This document shows, piece after piece, positions 24,441 to 38,290 of a stretch of DNA of 64,000 bases (positions within the stretch are counted from its first letter, which is position 1; every line of letters begins with the position of its first letter). Source of the DNA: Camelus ferus (Eukaryota). Where the stretch lies: the NCBI RefSeq assembly GCF_009834535.1, contig NC_045697.1:71674001-71738000 (forward strand), read 5' to 3'. The notes beneath the pieces are model-generated. The model was not told where the DNA came from. It did not search any database and saw only the letters and a list, made by a program, of their open reading frames with translations. The translations under genes were made by a program, and so were the position numbers.

Positions 24441-27400
24441 GTAAGTTTTTTTTTTCCATTTTATCTCTAAAATTCTATTTTTTATAAAATTTGCGTGTGT
24501 GTGTGTATGTGTGTACATGAACGTTGCTCTCTTGAAAATGATGCTGCTGAACAGCTAGTTTGTGTGTCTTTTGGTCCTGAGTCATTCGCTGACTTAAAAA
24601 CTATTTTGCAAGATTAGTCAACTTGTTTTAATATTGCCATAAACCAACTCTGACTCCACACTCCCACCCCTGAATAGCCCTTTTTGAAACTTATCTGGGC
24701 TTTCTGGCTTCTAAACAGCCTGTTCAGTATTAGGTAAGAAGGAAATGAAAACGTATTACTTTTCCTCTTTTGTTCAGAAATCTAAGTAAGACACTGTTAG
24801 GCACATGAAATGAGATAAGTATTTATTAGGTTTAAGGAATACATTTTGATAATCTACCCAATAAAAAGCTGATTCGTGTTGCTCAAGTTTGTTTCTGGCA
24901 TGTGATTCCTTCTCTGTTAAGTCCCCAGTTCCTTATTGTGTAGGTTGAAGCCCCAAATTTCAGAACACCCTTTGAAGGATACTAGTTTTATACGAATGCA
25001 ACCAAGAGAAGATTTTGAAGGAGGGGATATTACCTTGGTACATAAAACACACTTTGTGTTTCCATAATCAACTTTAGAAAAGCAGTCGTTTCCTGTTTGT
25101 AACAAAGGTATGCATGTTTTGCTCTAGAGTGAATTACACTTCTGATGGCTCTTAGGAAAATATAATAGGCAATAATTGTGTTGGTGATTATGTCAAAATT
25201 TGTCTTTGGATTTTCAGAAGATAAATAATTGTATCCCCAATGAACCGTTAGTAGAGAGCATTGAAATACTATGGATAGCTCTGGGTCATTTTAGCTTATA
25301 CTCTGATTATTAGATTAAGACAATGTTATATTGGAATTCTAAAAATACCATCAGTATTTCTGATTTCCAGAGAGCAAAATAACAACCAATTTAACTTTTT
25401 TCCCCATTTTTAAGAAATAGCAAACAGTTATCAGAAGAGCCTGCATATTCATACACTGTGTAGAATCACAATAGGATATTTTCTGCTTGTATTTAAAATA
25501 AATACAGAAATTAAGTTTTGTAATAATGTTGATAAACTACTTAATTTTATTCTATGTCCTTCAAATGAGGAATAAGCATAATTTTTATTCCTGGAAAGGT
25601 TTTAGACAGTGCTTGTCACATATCTTATGAGTGTGTTCGTTTTAATCATTATCCAACATGTATAGTCATTGACCATGTGCAACGTGGCATCTGTCTCCGG
25701 TAAGTCAGTGAATCAATGCAGCCTTGAATATTGGCCCACAATACTGTTATTCATTACATCCTGGGTGCTCAATTCTCTACAACCTTATTCTCAAATTTTG
25801 ACCACGGAGGGGCTTAAGATTTCCCCTAAAACATCCAGGGTTACTTTCTAAGATAACCCCTGATTTTCAAAGAGTGATGCTTCCACTTCTGGTTCTCCAG
25901 TGAGGACTTAGCTTTTAAAAGATGCAGCCACATGCAAACTGTACATTCTTCATAGGTAGCATAATACTGAATAATGAACGTAGATATGAAAGCAAGTATG
26001 AGGGTAGGATTTGATGGATGTGGGAAATAATTTTTTTCTCTCTCACATCCTCTGGGTATTTATACCTTTGTTCCTATAATAATAGCACTGATATAAGTTG
26101 ATTGGTATCATTGTCTTTGGGTGACTCTTTACTCTTTCATAGTGGCTGCATTCTAGTTTTGCAAAGTTACACTTGATAATTATTCTATGAAATTTGTTAA
26201 ATTATTTTATGTATTCTGTCCCTCTGTGAGCTGTCACATTTTGCCAGGATGTCTATAGCAGACATTCCCATTGTAGATAGGACAGATAGATCAATTATTT
26301 TGCAAATGTTCTGCTGTCATTTAGGAAGTGACTATAGCTACTGCAAGAGACAGCAGCTTTATAAGGACATTTTACAACTATGGATAAGTTTAGGCACAGT
26401 AATTTTGCAAGCTACCAAAGGTTTTTTGGTAAATGTATGGTTAAGGAAATGGAAACATATATATTAGGTTGTGATACACATGGAAAAGTATGTTTCCTAT
26501 TGATTTATTCTTCTAGTTATTCTTCTAATTATCAGCTTAATTTAAAATAAATCCAATAATCTTATCTCCTTAAGTCAAAGTATCAGATAAACACATGTTG
26601 AAATTTTATACTATGAATTATAGTAGCTATGTCTTAAGAGTATATCTAACCTTAGTGGAGAAAAAAAATGTGCAATCTATATTGCTAAAATACTTTGTTT
26701 CTTTAATAATATTTACATAACTTTAATGTTATAAACGTTCTATTCTGATAAATCTAAGATTTTGTCACATATGCATTCAAATTTTCCATGAACCATTTTT
26801 CAGCTTGTTAAAAGGAATGGATATTCTTTGAGTTTGTGGCTTACAGTCTACAAGTTGACCATACTTCTTTACTGGAGAAACGTATATTTCAAAATTCAGA
26901 CATGCCCCCGACTGATTTACTGATTTCTTCAATTCTTCCTAATCCCCTATCAGTGAAACATTGTTCATTGTAGGATCTCACAGGGAGTTACAACACAGTG
27001 AGGTTGGTCATCATTGAATAAAGTGGGTAGAAGGAAAAAGCCAATCATAATTTTTAAAAAATAAAGAGAAAAAGAGAATCATTAGTAAGCACTCGTAAAC
27101 GAACAAGTGCCACCCATATCTTAGTGTTGGCTCTGTGAATAAGGAGAAGGAAGAAGGAGGAGGAGGAGAAAGAGCCCCTAGTCACATTCCTGACATTCCT
27201 CTATGGCACTTTTTACTTTGAAAGGTTAATAATTTGTGTGCAGTCTATGAACAGAGCTTTGTCATTATGAATGAGTAGCTTTCATGTTTTGAGAGTTATC
27301 TAGCTAACACCTATACTTGTTTCATGTCAGTACTACTGTAGCTACTAGTACCATATATTTCTATAAGCCATAATGTCTTTCAAATAAACTACTCAATTTT

Positions 27401-28133
27401 CAGTCTGAAAATGCCTCCTGAGATAATTAGTATGAAAGGTGGCTAGACAAAGAGCAGAAGCGTTGGTATTTAAATCCACAAGTGAACCACAATTTGCTTA
27501 ATAGAATTCTTGAGGAAAATCAGACTATTTCAAATAACGAGTAGCAATATTGACAACTAATTCAGTCTTCTAAAAACTTGTCTTTTAAATCAAAAATACC
27601 TGAAAATTTAAAAATAAACTGGAAGTTGACCACAGGTTACAAGGTACTTTGTGATTTACGATAAAGTGTACAGCAAAAATGAGAATGTGTTTTAAGCAAA
27701 ATAATAGAACTGGTATCTCCTTGTGTTATCTTTGGTATGTCATCCCATTTATCTCCATCAGTTTAAATCACTTAACAAAATGATTGCATCATGTGTAATT
27801 AGACAGAGAAATACATCCTCCTCTGTTGCCAGCTCTGGAATTGGAGAACCAACAGACGTTTACTAAGAACAATATCCAGATAGTATCTTTTTCTTCCACC
27901 ACAGTGTTTACTCATGTAGTTTGGTGTATATATTAATAAGATCTTAGTCATAAAAATCTACATGAAAATTTCAGAGATAGAAGATCAACTTTCCATGCAC
28001 TTTTCTCTAGCTGGCTTTTCAGGACTCCTAACTGAGAATCTTTCTGTTGTTAACGTCTGTGATGGAATTCTTGTGACATCCTGCTATCATTGACTGACTG
28101 ACACCGCCGTTTGCCTCTGTGGGCAGTGGGTCA

Positions 28134-28164
28134 GCGTGTGTGTGTGGCGCGCGCGCGCGTATGT
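28134..28164. repeat. Compound (TG)n(CG)n alternating purine-pyrimidine tract
   Basis: gcgtgtgtgtgtg gcgcgcgcgcgcgtatgt read directly. Confidence 0.9.
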
Positions 28165-29109
28165 TAGAGAAAGATTGATTCTGTTGCCCTCTAGTGTCTG
28201 CCTGATGGTGATCTTGATCTTTTTCAAATGGTCAAGGTTTGGAAAGTACAGAAGGGGTGGATGTTGAAGCACCTCGAGTCTCCCTAATATAGGGCAGTGA
28301 TTGACTGACTGGTGTAGGAACCTGTTATTCAGAAGTTAGGCTCTATATTTAGACCAGTGAACATTCACTCTTCCTGGCCCATTATTTCTCTCAGTCTCAG
28401 CTGTGCTCGTTTGGTACTTTATACACCCTTTTGTTCCATTTAATTTAGTATATATTGGAATATATTGATGTCATCCAGATGGCAGCATACCCTGCTTTGC
28501 TTATCTCATTGTTCTTTCTTATTATGTCTAGAAGCTGATAGGGCAATGCGCTCCCTCCGCTCCCACTGTCAGGTGGCCCCAAGGTGCTTAGCATGTGTTT
28601 ACTCATTGATGGGACAAAGGCAAGTGTCAAGTTTAAGGATTTGTTTGATCTCACCCAATAATATCCTTGATTGGGTCCTGTGTTTAAAAAATCTTACTCA
28701 TATTCTTTCTACATTCAAGATTTTTTAAAGTTTGGGTTTAGAGTATTCATAGACAAATAGCCCAACTGCTATCTTCAGCATATTTTTAATAGGCTAGCCT
28801 AAAATGAATTTTAGAATCCTGGCCTTTGTTCAGTATTGATGTTCTTTTAGGACTGAAGAAACTGGAACAAGTCACATAACTGCACTTGACTGCATGCATT
28901 ACAAATTCATGTCTCAGTTATGCTTTTGGAACTACTTAGCTGTCTCTCTCTAAAATCCCATTCAATGCACCACAGCAGCACATTACAGAGTTTTACTCCT
29001 CCCCAAGTCCTCAAACCTAGTTTTCATGCCCTAACTCTGCAGCTCTAAACATCCTGTTACATTCCCTCAACTCTCTCCTCTTCTTTGTCAAATTTTTATT
29101 TTTCCTCCA

Positions 29110-29325
29110 GTTGTAGGGTCTTGGGGTTCAGCCAGATTGGATTAGAATGCTAACTTCATCAAATACCAAGTTTTCCTCCTTGGGCATCCGTTTTGTTTTC
29201 TCTCAGCTTCAGTTTCTTTATCTGCACATGGTAAAAATAATCCCTTACAGGGTGTTTTTAGGACTTGACAAAATAAATGGGAAAACATTAAGCATGTAGG
29301 AGATCCACAATAAATGATATTGTAT
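29110..29325 (+). mobile_element. MIR SINE
   Basis: agccagattggattagaatgctaacttc...cttcagtttctttatctgcacatgg...aataaatg. Confidence 0.6.
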
Positions 29326-29329
29326 CCAC

Positions 29330-29995
29330 TTTATTTTCTTTTGATTTATTGTTATTCATATCAACTTTGGACCTCACCATCAGTCATACCCTCTCTTTCT
29401 CCTGCATCATTTATCTCTCCCTTTATACTGACTCTTCCCTGAACAAACATGTTCAAATACACACATGCACACACACACACACTCCCAACAATCCTGCTTT
29501 CTCTTTGATCTCTTTTCAATAGCAGAATTAATTGGAAGAATGCCTTTTCATTTCACTCATTTCTTTCCTCCATGCAATCAAAGCCTTGCATTCAGCCCAC
29601 TACTGTAGTTGCTCTCTCAAAGGCATGAACAATCTACTGTCGATCGGATCTATTGGATTCCTCTCTGATGTCCTTTGACTCAAGCCTTGGCACTGGTTTC
29701 CCTGGCCCTTCCCTCTTCCTAAACCTCCGCTGACCTTTTGTGACTCCCTCCTCTTACCCCATTAGCTAAGGCTCTTTCTGCATAGTCTTCCCCTGTGACT
29801 GGTAGCCAAATCATTCACCTTCCTCCTGACTCAAGGTTCCTGTTTCAGTTTGCAAGCTGAATATGCCTGCATGGATCTGCCACAGGCCTCTGGATCTCAG
29901 CACACCCACATAACCCTCTTTCCTCATCCTGGTTGATGACATCATTATCTGCAGTACTGACTTGGCCTAAAACTTGAGAGTCATTTTCAACTCCT
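29330..29995 (+). mobile_element. L2 fragments
   Basis: Pyrimidine-rich L2 ORF2-end motifs (gctctctcaaaggcatgaacaatctact, aaacttgagagtcattttcaactcct). Confidence 0.55.
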
Positions 29996-30019
29996 AATTA
30001 GATAGCCTCGGATGCATAT

Positions 30020-30352
30020 ACCATTTCCTATTTTTCAGATGAGGAAATAGACTTACAGAGATATAGTATGTTGCCCCAAGTCACCCAGCTAAAAATATGT
30101 CTGCCTTAACCTAGAACCCATTCACATAGCCAGCTACCTACCTGGGTCTAAATACCGGCTCTGTGATGTTCTAGCTGTGTGCCCTGAGTAAGTCACTGAA
30201 TCTCCCTGTGCTTCAGTTTCCTCATTTGTAAAATGGAGATTATCATAACACCTTTTTTGGTACCATCGTTATGTTATGGCAAGTAAATGTAAATACGTGT
30301 AAAACCTGTACAAGAATGCCTGACAACAGCACTTGATAAAAGTTATCTATAA
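30020..30352. mobile_element. Two MIR fragments in opposite orientation (about 30020-30100 minus; about 30135-30352 plus)
   Basis: tttttcagatgaggaaatagac, then ctagctgtgtgccctgagtaagtcactgaatctccctgtgcttcagtttcctcatttgtaaaatggagat. Confidence 0.8.
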
Positions 30353-30439
30353 TCATGTATTGTTCTTCTGTTGTTCAGTTGCTGAGGGAGTAGCCATTCT
30401 TCTGTGGAACGTTTTATAGTTTAAACTCAGTACTGATGA

Positions 30440-30735
30440 ATTGTTACTTATTTTCTTTAATTGTTTTTCATCTCTGCCTCTCCAGTAGATTATGAATTAT
30501 TCTATGAGGGCAAGGACAGTTTTATCTCTTTTACCACAGTATCCCTAATATCTAACAGAGTTTTGGCAAACACTGTGGGTTCGCTACCTATATGTTGGAT
30601 GAATTAATCAACCAGTGTTGATTATATTAACTTTTCAGTCCCTGGAAGCAAATATCATGCTCTGTTTACTCCATATTCCTCATAGTATCCAACATCACAT
30701 CTTCCAGGTTGTAGATAATAAATGTTTATTGAATA
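30440..30735 (+). mobile_element. Two L2 3'-end fragments
   Basis: ctatgagggcaaggacagt...tgttggatgaattaat and taataaatgtttattgaat. Confidence 0.6.
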
Positions 30736-31807
30736 ATAACAATAGTAAAGACTCTTATCCTAAGGAAAAAATTTTAAAGTGTCATTGGGATAAGTTTATC
30801 CAAGATCAGAAATAAATATTATTTTCTTGTAGTTCTTTAAGGGAAGTGACAATGGGAAAATGAAACTTGGATAAACATTAAGCCAAAAAAAATTCTTGTA
30901 GCTTCCTGGAACTTACCATTAGTGAAAGAGACATTTGAGGCTGTTCATTATCACAGTACAAGTGGTTTTGATCTTGGCAAATATTCCAAAGTTTTAGTGT
31001 CAATACCCACCCTTAATCTTCTTGAGTCTCTCTTCAAATCCTCCACAAACAACTTTTATCCCTTAAGAAATAGATTCAGGCCAATGCAGTGCATTAAAAC
31101 ATTATCCACCACATTTACCATCATTTATCTAAATATCTGGAAGTATTTTGTGATTTTATTTTTATACTGTGCTTATGAAAATTTACTTTCTTAAAGATAG
31201 AACATCTAGATATGCAAGTTTTCTAATTTGTAAAATATCTGTTTTACAACAGTAGGTATTTACATGGCAAGGACTACTTGATAAATTATGTGTTATATTA
31301 TTGCAAATGCCAAGGGAGGAAAAGAGATCAGATACTTCTCTTTGAATATCAGAGAAATAAGCAGTTTCGTTTTATATTTGTTATTGTCCATTTAGTAAGT
31401 TATGTTAGTGAACAGTTACTAAGCAGGACGATATACTAGTCATTGCATCTGCTGACGAGTAGCATAATTATTGTGAATGATTTAAATGAATGCTTTTAAA
31501 TAGTGGGATTTTAAATACTATCGATTAGGGAAAGTCTTAAAGAACATTCACCTGAAAATATACAACTATGAAAATAAAAAAGATCAGAATGGAGGCCATT
31601 TTGGCTTTTCCTGATTGTGAATATTTGCCATGAAATTATGAATTGGCTGCTCATAGTAAGTGTACTTATTTAAGATGCCTGAGATTAGTGGCCTTGTTCC
31701 TGTAACATAACTTGAAACGCATGTTACAGTTCACCCAGCTCAAACTCATTCTTTTTGTTCCATATAGATCTGACTCAAGGAAGGACAAGGAAGAAGAGAC
31801 ACCAAGC

Positions 31808-32030
31808 TAGCTTTTACTCAGTGCTTCTGTGTCAGATGCTATGCTTGGTGCTTTTGCATTAGACTGTTATCACTAATCTGTGTGAATTAGATATTTTTAG
31901 TCCCATTTTACAGATCGGGAATTTAAACTAAGACTGTCATTTGTTTGGGGTTACGCACTAATCAGGCAGAGCTGTATTTCTCATCTAAGCCCAACTTAGT
32001 TCTACTTAATGCTTTTTTAAACTACTGCAC
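31808..32030 (-). mobile_element. MIR SINE
   Basis: tgtgtcagatgctatgcttggtgctttt...tcccattttacagat. Confidence 0.65.
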
Positions 32031-35000
32031 ACTTCTTCCTTCCTTAAAATCAAATACTATTAACGTATTATCTTTTATTCTTCATCTTCAGTATTTCTGT
32101 CTGGTAATACACAAATAGATTGATAATTCTGTTGAACTTTATATTGGAAAAAAAAATGATTACAAGCATTGGAGCCCAGGAACCAAAGAGGACAGAAAGC
32201 TGTCCCTACGTGCGAGGGCTTAAATTCGGCTGGAAAATATATATAAATAGTGGTTTTTAATATTTTTCTTTAACTATTTTGATTTCAAAATGTGACTTTC
32301 AGTAACAGTTACTAAGACTTTTTCCCTCAGTGCAATTATGTAAGAAGTAAATTGACACTTAGCCTGTATTATAGCATATTGTATTTAAATGAAACAATGT
32401 CGAGTGGAGCAGCATGTGGTCATTTCTGTTTAGACTTAGAAGACTTGTCTGGAAAACAGCAGTTATGGGGTTGGTAGGGAAACATGAATCCCATTCCTGA
32501 CTGTAATTACATTTTCATTTAACAGAAAAAGGATATTTCTCTGTAAAAGGAAAAATAGGCAATAACCTCACTCCCTAAATCATGAATGCTTACGGCTGAA
32601 GCCCCTTGGTGGCAGTGTACTCTGTGAGCAAAGTACCTCAGGCCAAAGAAAGGCTCACTGGTGCTGAAATTGCTCATGTCAAAGTGATCACGAGTGTCCC
32701 AGAACATGATGAAATAGATGAACATAAAAGTGTCCAAAACAGCTTCATAAATATTAAAAGACCCTGAAATGGAAGGTAGTATTATAATTGGAACAGTTGA
32801 AATCATGTGGAATTTTTCCTAACAAGATAAATCATAGACAGAATTTGAAGTAAGAAGCACTTAATGGAGAAACATGAAGGATGCATGTGGGTGAAAGGAA
32901 TGGAATGTGCAGTTGTGGGGAGAAGGCAGAGCACATGTTACCTCAGAGTCTTGGACCAGAAAACTGAGTCATGCTATGTGATTTTTTTCATAAACTATAC
33001 ATTATCTTTTGACTTGTGTACGGTAGTGACCTCGGGAGGATCATGAATCAATTTTTTTAATGCTTTAACATTTAATATGGGATTTTAGTAAAATATATAA
33101 CAAGAAATCCTGTTTTAGAGTCTAAAAGAGCTTATACACATATGTATGGTAGGTATTTTAAAACTCAAGCAATAGGGAAATCTTTTTTACCAATAATAAA
33201 AGTGAAAATACAATGAATAAATTGAGATGCTTTTCATTCCTTTAGTCTACTCTTTTTGTGGAATGATTTTCTTTTCTAAATATATGTCATTATCACCTCA
33301 AGGGAGAGAAAGAATAACATAGAACAGGAAGAAAAAAGGAGACTTCAATTTATCAGTGTCTCTGATTTGATGCAGAATATAAAATAAAGCACCTTGTAAG
33401 ACATACACACACACACCCCTGCACGCACCAACTGAGAGAGAAAAACAGCAGATGCATTTAAAGGAATTATTATTGTTATTATAGCCCAAATTATTATTGG
33501 TAATAATAAAAGTAAAATTTTTGAAAATAAATTTAATTGTAATAACTTGTATCTAGTAATAATCAAGGTAGCTGAACATCTGCCAAAGGTCTGTTTTGCT
33601 TCTCCTGCCATATTATATACAGTGCATTCTAAGAATTTAATGTGGCTCTTATTCTTTATTCTTTATATATATATTCAACTTCAATCTATAAACAAATTGA
33701 TATTTTATGAACAACAATATATGGCTGTACATCCATTTTAATTTCTGGGAAATGACAGATTTTATTCTCTTTTCTTAAAATGATTAGGATAAGAATGCCA
33801 CTTCTAAATCAACATCTACATTTTCAAGGTCTCACTAGATCAGAAATCTCTTATTAGTGGATTGCTTATCTATGCCAAGGTGAGATTTTTTTTTTCCTTT
33901 ATAGACTTCAATCTGATTGATTATACAGAGGTCCTCTCCACCTTTTTATATATCTAAGTCTGGGCATGCAATCTGGACAGAGAATACAGAAGACAGAAAT
34001 CCATGATAAGTATGTAGAACTGAATGCCTACTTACTTTTGTGTAGCATTCATAAACCAACAGTGATACAGAAATAAATAAATTTCATATTTGGTAATTTT
34101 CAATGAGAAAATGCATCCGTTTACATTTTTCCTTTAATTTAAAAATAATCCTTGTTATTTTAGAATATTTGGAAAATACAGAGAAATACAGAGGTTGTTT
34201 ATAATTCCACGTTCTAGAAATAACCACTTTAAACGTGTTTCCTTACATTCAGGTTTGGAAATTTAAATAAATTTAAATGTCCCAAACCCCATTATTTAGC
34301 TAGAAGCCTGTCAGATTCTAATTATCCCTAGGACTTTTAGAGTAAGAGCTTTCTTATGTCTTTCCTAAGAGCACCTGGCTGCATGCTTTAGCTTCTGTTG
34401 TGTAATTCCGGGTTCTGGATGCCCTCTAGTTCTCCCAGTTCCCAGACACTGTTGACCTTTTCCCAAGATTCCCACACAGAGACCTCTGGGTGAACAGCAA
34501 ATTTCAGTGAAGATTTAGGGCCATGGAGGGAGCTTCACTGCAGCAGTGATCTTGGCGTTAACCTTCATGCATAATGATCAGCCTTTTTGCCTCCTAATCC
34601 TGCCTCCACACAGACCTTGTTTCTGTGCTCTTGTAGACTCTCAGAAGTGCGGTCATCTTATTTCTTTCTTGTGCGTTTATGTCTTTAAAGTATCATTTTC
34701 CTTCTTCAAACAATTTGCCAAGGAATTCAGAGGAAGTTCTCTTTATCCTCAAGAAGAATCCTGATGTCAACTGTTGGGAGACATATATTTGCTCCATATT
34801 ATTCATATGAATTTGTTGTATTGTAAAAAACATTTTGTGGTCTGCCATTCTAATTTAAAATTGTAATTAACTATTTTATGTGTTATTACATACTCCTTGT
34901 AAACCTGATAACCTAGTTTTTAGTAGAAATATAATAGGAGATGAATCTTTTTGGAGATAAACCCAAAAGGTTACTCCTTGGATTGTTTGCCTTCACTTAC

Positions 35001-37779
35001 TCAAAATGATCATCAGAGAGGAATCACAGAAAACTCCAACATCTGTGCCAAAAAGCAGCCATGGCCCTACCTGAAAAGTGTAAGAGCTTTTGAACAAGTT
35101 AGAAACCCCAAATGATGCTTATCAGGTGCGAAATAACAGATTTTGGTGTATACGGGTCACAGCGCCAAGGACGGCCCCCAAAATAGCTGTAAGTGCCAAG
35201 TCTAAGGAGGAGGGAAGTAGCTGAGTTTCCCTCCTTGGGGACAGAGCAATCACTGCATCCCTGTTGAGCAGCTCTGCTTTGGATCTCTTAGAATTCTCTG
35301 ACTTTAGGACTAGAAGGAATGTTCCTTGATAAAAATTTGTTAACCCTAGTTTAGATTTAATACCTTCTTACAAGACTGATACTTACTTCTAGCAAGTAAT
35401 CTGTGACTGATTTGAGGAAAAGAAAGAGAAATTGTGCCATTTAAGAGCACTTAACAATAATGTTTATTTAATCACACCATGTCCTGTTTGATAATATTTG
35501 AGCCTAGGCAAAAATTACCACAAAGAGGAGATTTTGCCTAATGACTTATTTGATGTGGATTCAGTGTGATAACTGATTCAAAAGTGAAAAATCTAGTCAA
35601 TTGACGGGTTGCCTGATACACATGCTGCCAAATCAAGTTTGCTAATTATTCATTAAAGTCTTATCTATATGCCTTAGGTTTTAGAAATTGCAAATATACT
35701 AGAACAAAAATTCGCATTGTGTTGATTTTAGAACTTGCCTAAAACATGCCCACTGAGCTCTAAAATCAGAGGAAAAGTGTGTGGGGTAAAAAGAGAAAGA
35801 GGAAGACTGGGGGGACAGGGGAAAGAAAGAAACCGATGTTTGTAGCACAGAGGAAGTGGGTAAGCTGTCCGTGGTGGCCCTGCCTACTCTGAGAAAAATA
35901 CTTGATTTTTAATTATCTCTTTACAGATTTTCTCAGGAAAGACATTTCTCTTGGCCACTAAGCCCAGTGTATGTCACTGCTTAAAATAGTCTTCCCCTGA
36001 AATGGTATTAGTTTGGTGTAACAGAGTCAAGCAATTCTCAGCAAGAACTATTCACAGATGCCACAGCTGCTGGTTTCCACTGTGTTGCTACGTTATAAAT
36101 GATTCATATTTTCATACAGTTCCTAGAAGAGCTAACAATGTCTGTATACTTTCTCTTTATATACACACAGGATATAATCCTGAAAAAGTTTTCCCAGGTT
36201 CTTATTCTGCTTCCACACAGAAGGAAACAGAAGCAGCAAGGGTCCGGTAGTTGGCTGGTCAGGTCAGACCCAGATAGTCTCCCTGGCAGTACATTTATTT
36301 GCAGGAGGTATTGGGGCAAGCACCCTTGGAAAAGCAAGATCCTTGCGTGTTTTTCCCCCCTCAACTCACACATGTAAACAGATTATTGCATTATCAGTTT
36401 ATATCACCCCAAGTGAAATTAACTCTTGATTAATCCCAAGAAAGCAAAGATTTTGTAATACAAATATAGTTCCTTTTTGAAAAGGTGCCATGTTATTATT
36501 TCCATGATTCAGGTTTTCTACATCAGATATGCTATCTTTTCACCCAAAAGTGTATACACACATTTCTCATGATAGAGAAATTTTCATCCTCCTTATTCCA
36601 AGGTCTGTTTTGTCTCCTTTGTTTCTTAATTGTGAAGAAAAAATTTTAACCCCAGGTGTATAATCAGTATTTTAAAATGCTTTACTGTTTTAAAAAATTG
36701 TTTTAAGAATTAATGATTCTTTTGATAAGCCCTAAAGGGCACTTTGTTCTAGCAACAACTGACCCCTGAGAAGTCACACCTCATCATCCCAGGCAGAGAA
36801 AAATCTTAGCCTTTCAAGAGGTCGTGATTTCATTCCTGAATGAGATCTATCTTGCATATTTGTTTAAATATTTATGTATCCTCCATTTTTGGAAAGAATT
36901 CTTTGTATTCACTAAAAGCCCCTTAGTCTCCAATTTAAGCCCATGTCCCAAATGTCCTAATCTCAGACTTTATGGCAAATTGAGCCACAGCAAATGCCAA
37001 TTTTCGAAGAATTTATATCTCTTCTCTGATCTTCATTGTTCCGTATACCATAGCTGCTTAGAATGCAGCCATGGTCTATAAGGACAAGCAAGAATACTAT
37101 TTTGATTACCTATTGGCTCAGTGCATACTGATTTTAATCCTTATTAAGTTAAACTTAATTGAATACTCACAGGTAACAAGTCAATTCATGAAAGTAATAG
37201 AAGGAAACAGTATATACGTGCTTACATTTCTTCTCCAGTTGAGATCATTAATGTGTCATTTAAAATTTTTTTTTCAAAGTTGAAACTATCTCATTCTAAA
37301 GAGATAATTCATTATACTTCATACTTGCTTCAGATGCTGGTGGTCTCCAGTATCTTAAAAAGGGTCACACTCCTGCATATGATGGCTAAATGGTCTTTAA
37401 AGTCCCATGGAGCCCTACGTTTTTATAATCCTTAGATTTCTAATTTCTCAGAAACTTTCCAAACATAACTTTTGTTTTCTCTGGCTTTTTTCAAACCAGT
37501 TAGTTTGTGTAGAACAAAATAGTCTAGAGCTGTCACTTACAGGCCTGCTGTTCAAAAGGAAATGCAATTTCAGTGAGTACAAAATTAATCACTAATGTTA
37601 ATTAGAGCAATCAATATTGACATCGTAGCTTTAAAGAGTGGACCTCATGAAATAAACACAGTGGCATTATGCTTTTAGAATAAAAGTATGCAAAGGCAAA
37701 TTAATTAAAATTTCATTGGATAGATACTACTTTTGGAAGTTCTTTATTAATTGGCTTTGAATTTCAGTCGTTCTTGATG

Positions 37780-38290
37780 CTTGAGGATGGGAAAGGATGT
37801 TCAGTATAACTCTGTAGACTGGGTATATACATTCCTACTGGTATTGTGGCATGGTTTCTACTTTAAATTTAAATAAAGGTCTCTCCAAGGTCAAATTACA
37901 TTAGATGTAATCTCCAAGGTCAGACTACATGTGGATAGAGGAGGAAGAGACATCAGGAAATCTATCGATCTGATAGTCAAGTGAAAACAAAACTTGACTG
38001 AGGAGGAAGTGTTCATCTGTGTCCAGTGCTACTGACAGGTCAACTAAGATAAGGATAGAGAATCAGCCTTCGGGCTTAGCAGTGTACCTGTCAAGAGCAG
38101 TTTGTGGAGTGTGGGCTGAGGGTAGGGGAGTGTCTGTCAGAGAGGTGGGAGAGGTGAGAAAGCCTTGACTTGATTAGAAGGTCATGTGAGAAAAGGAGGT
38201 GTGGGATTGGGGAATAATGAGCATAGGGCAATTCTTAGAGGTTTAAAGGTAAGCAGAGAAAAGGTGTCGTAGCTAGTAGGGAACACGGGG
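37780..38290 (-). mobile_element. L2 fragments
   Basis: gtgctactgacaggtcaactaagataaggatagagaat...gtcaagagcagtttgtggagtg. Confidence 0.55.

Noticed and set aside
24177..24470. 97-aa ORF as a standalone gene
   Set aside because: Only 24244-24440 is the BANK1 exon; the flanks are intronic read-through.
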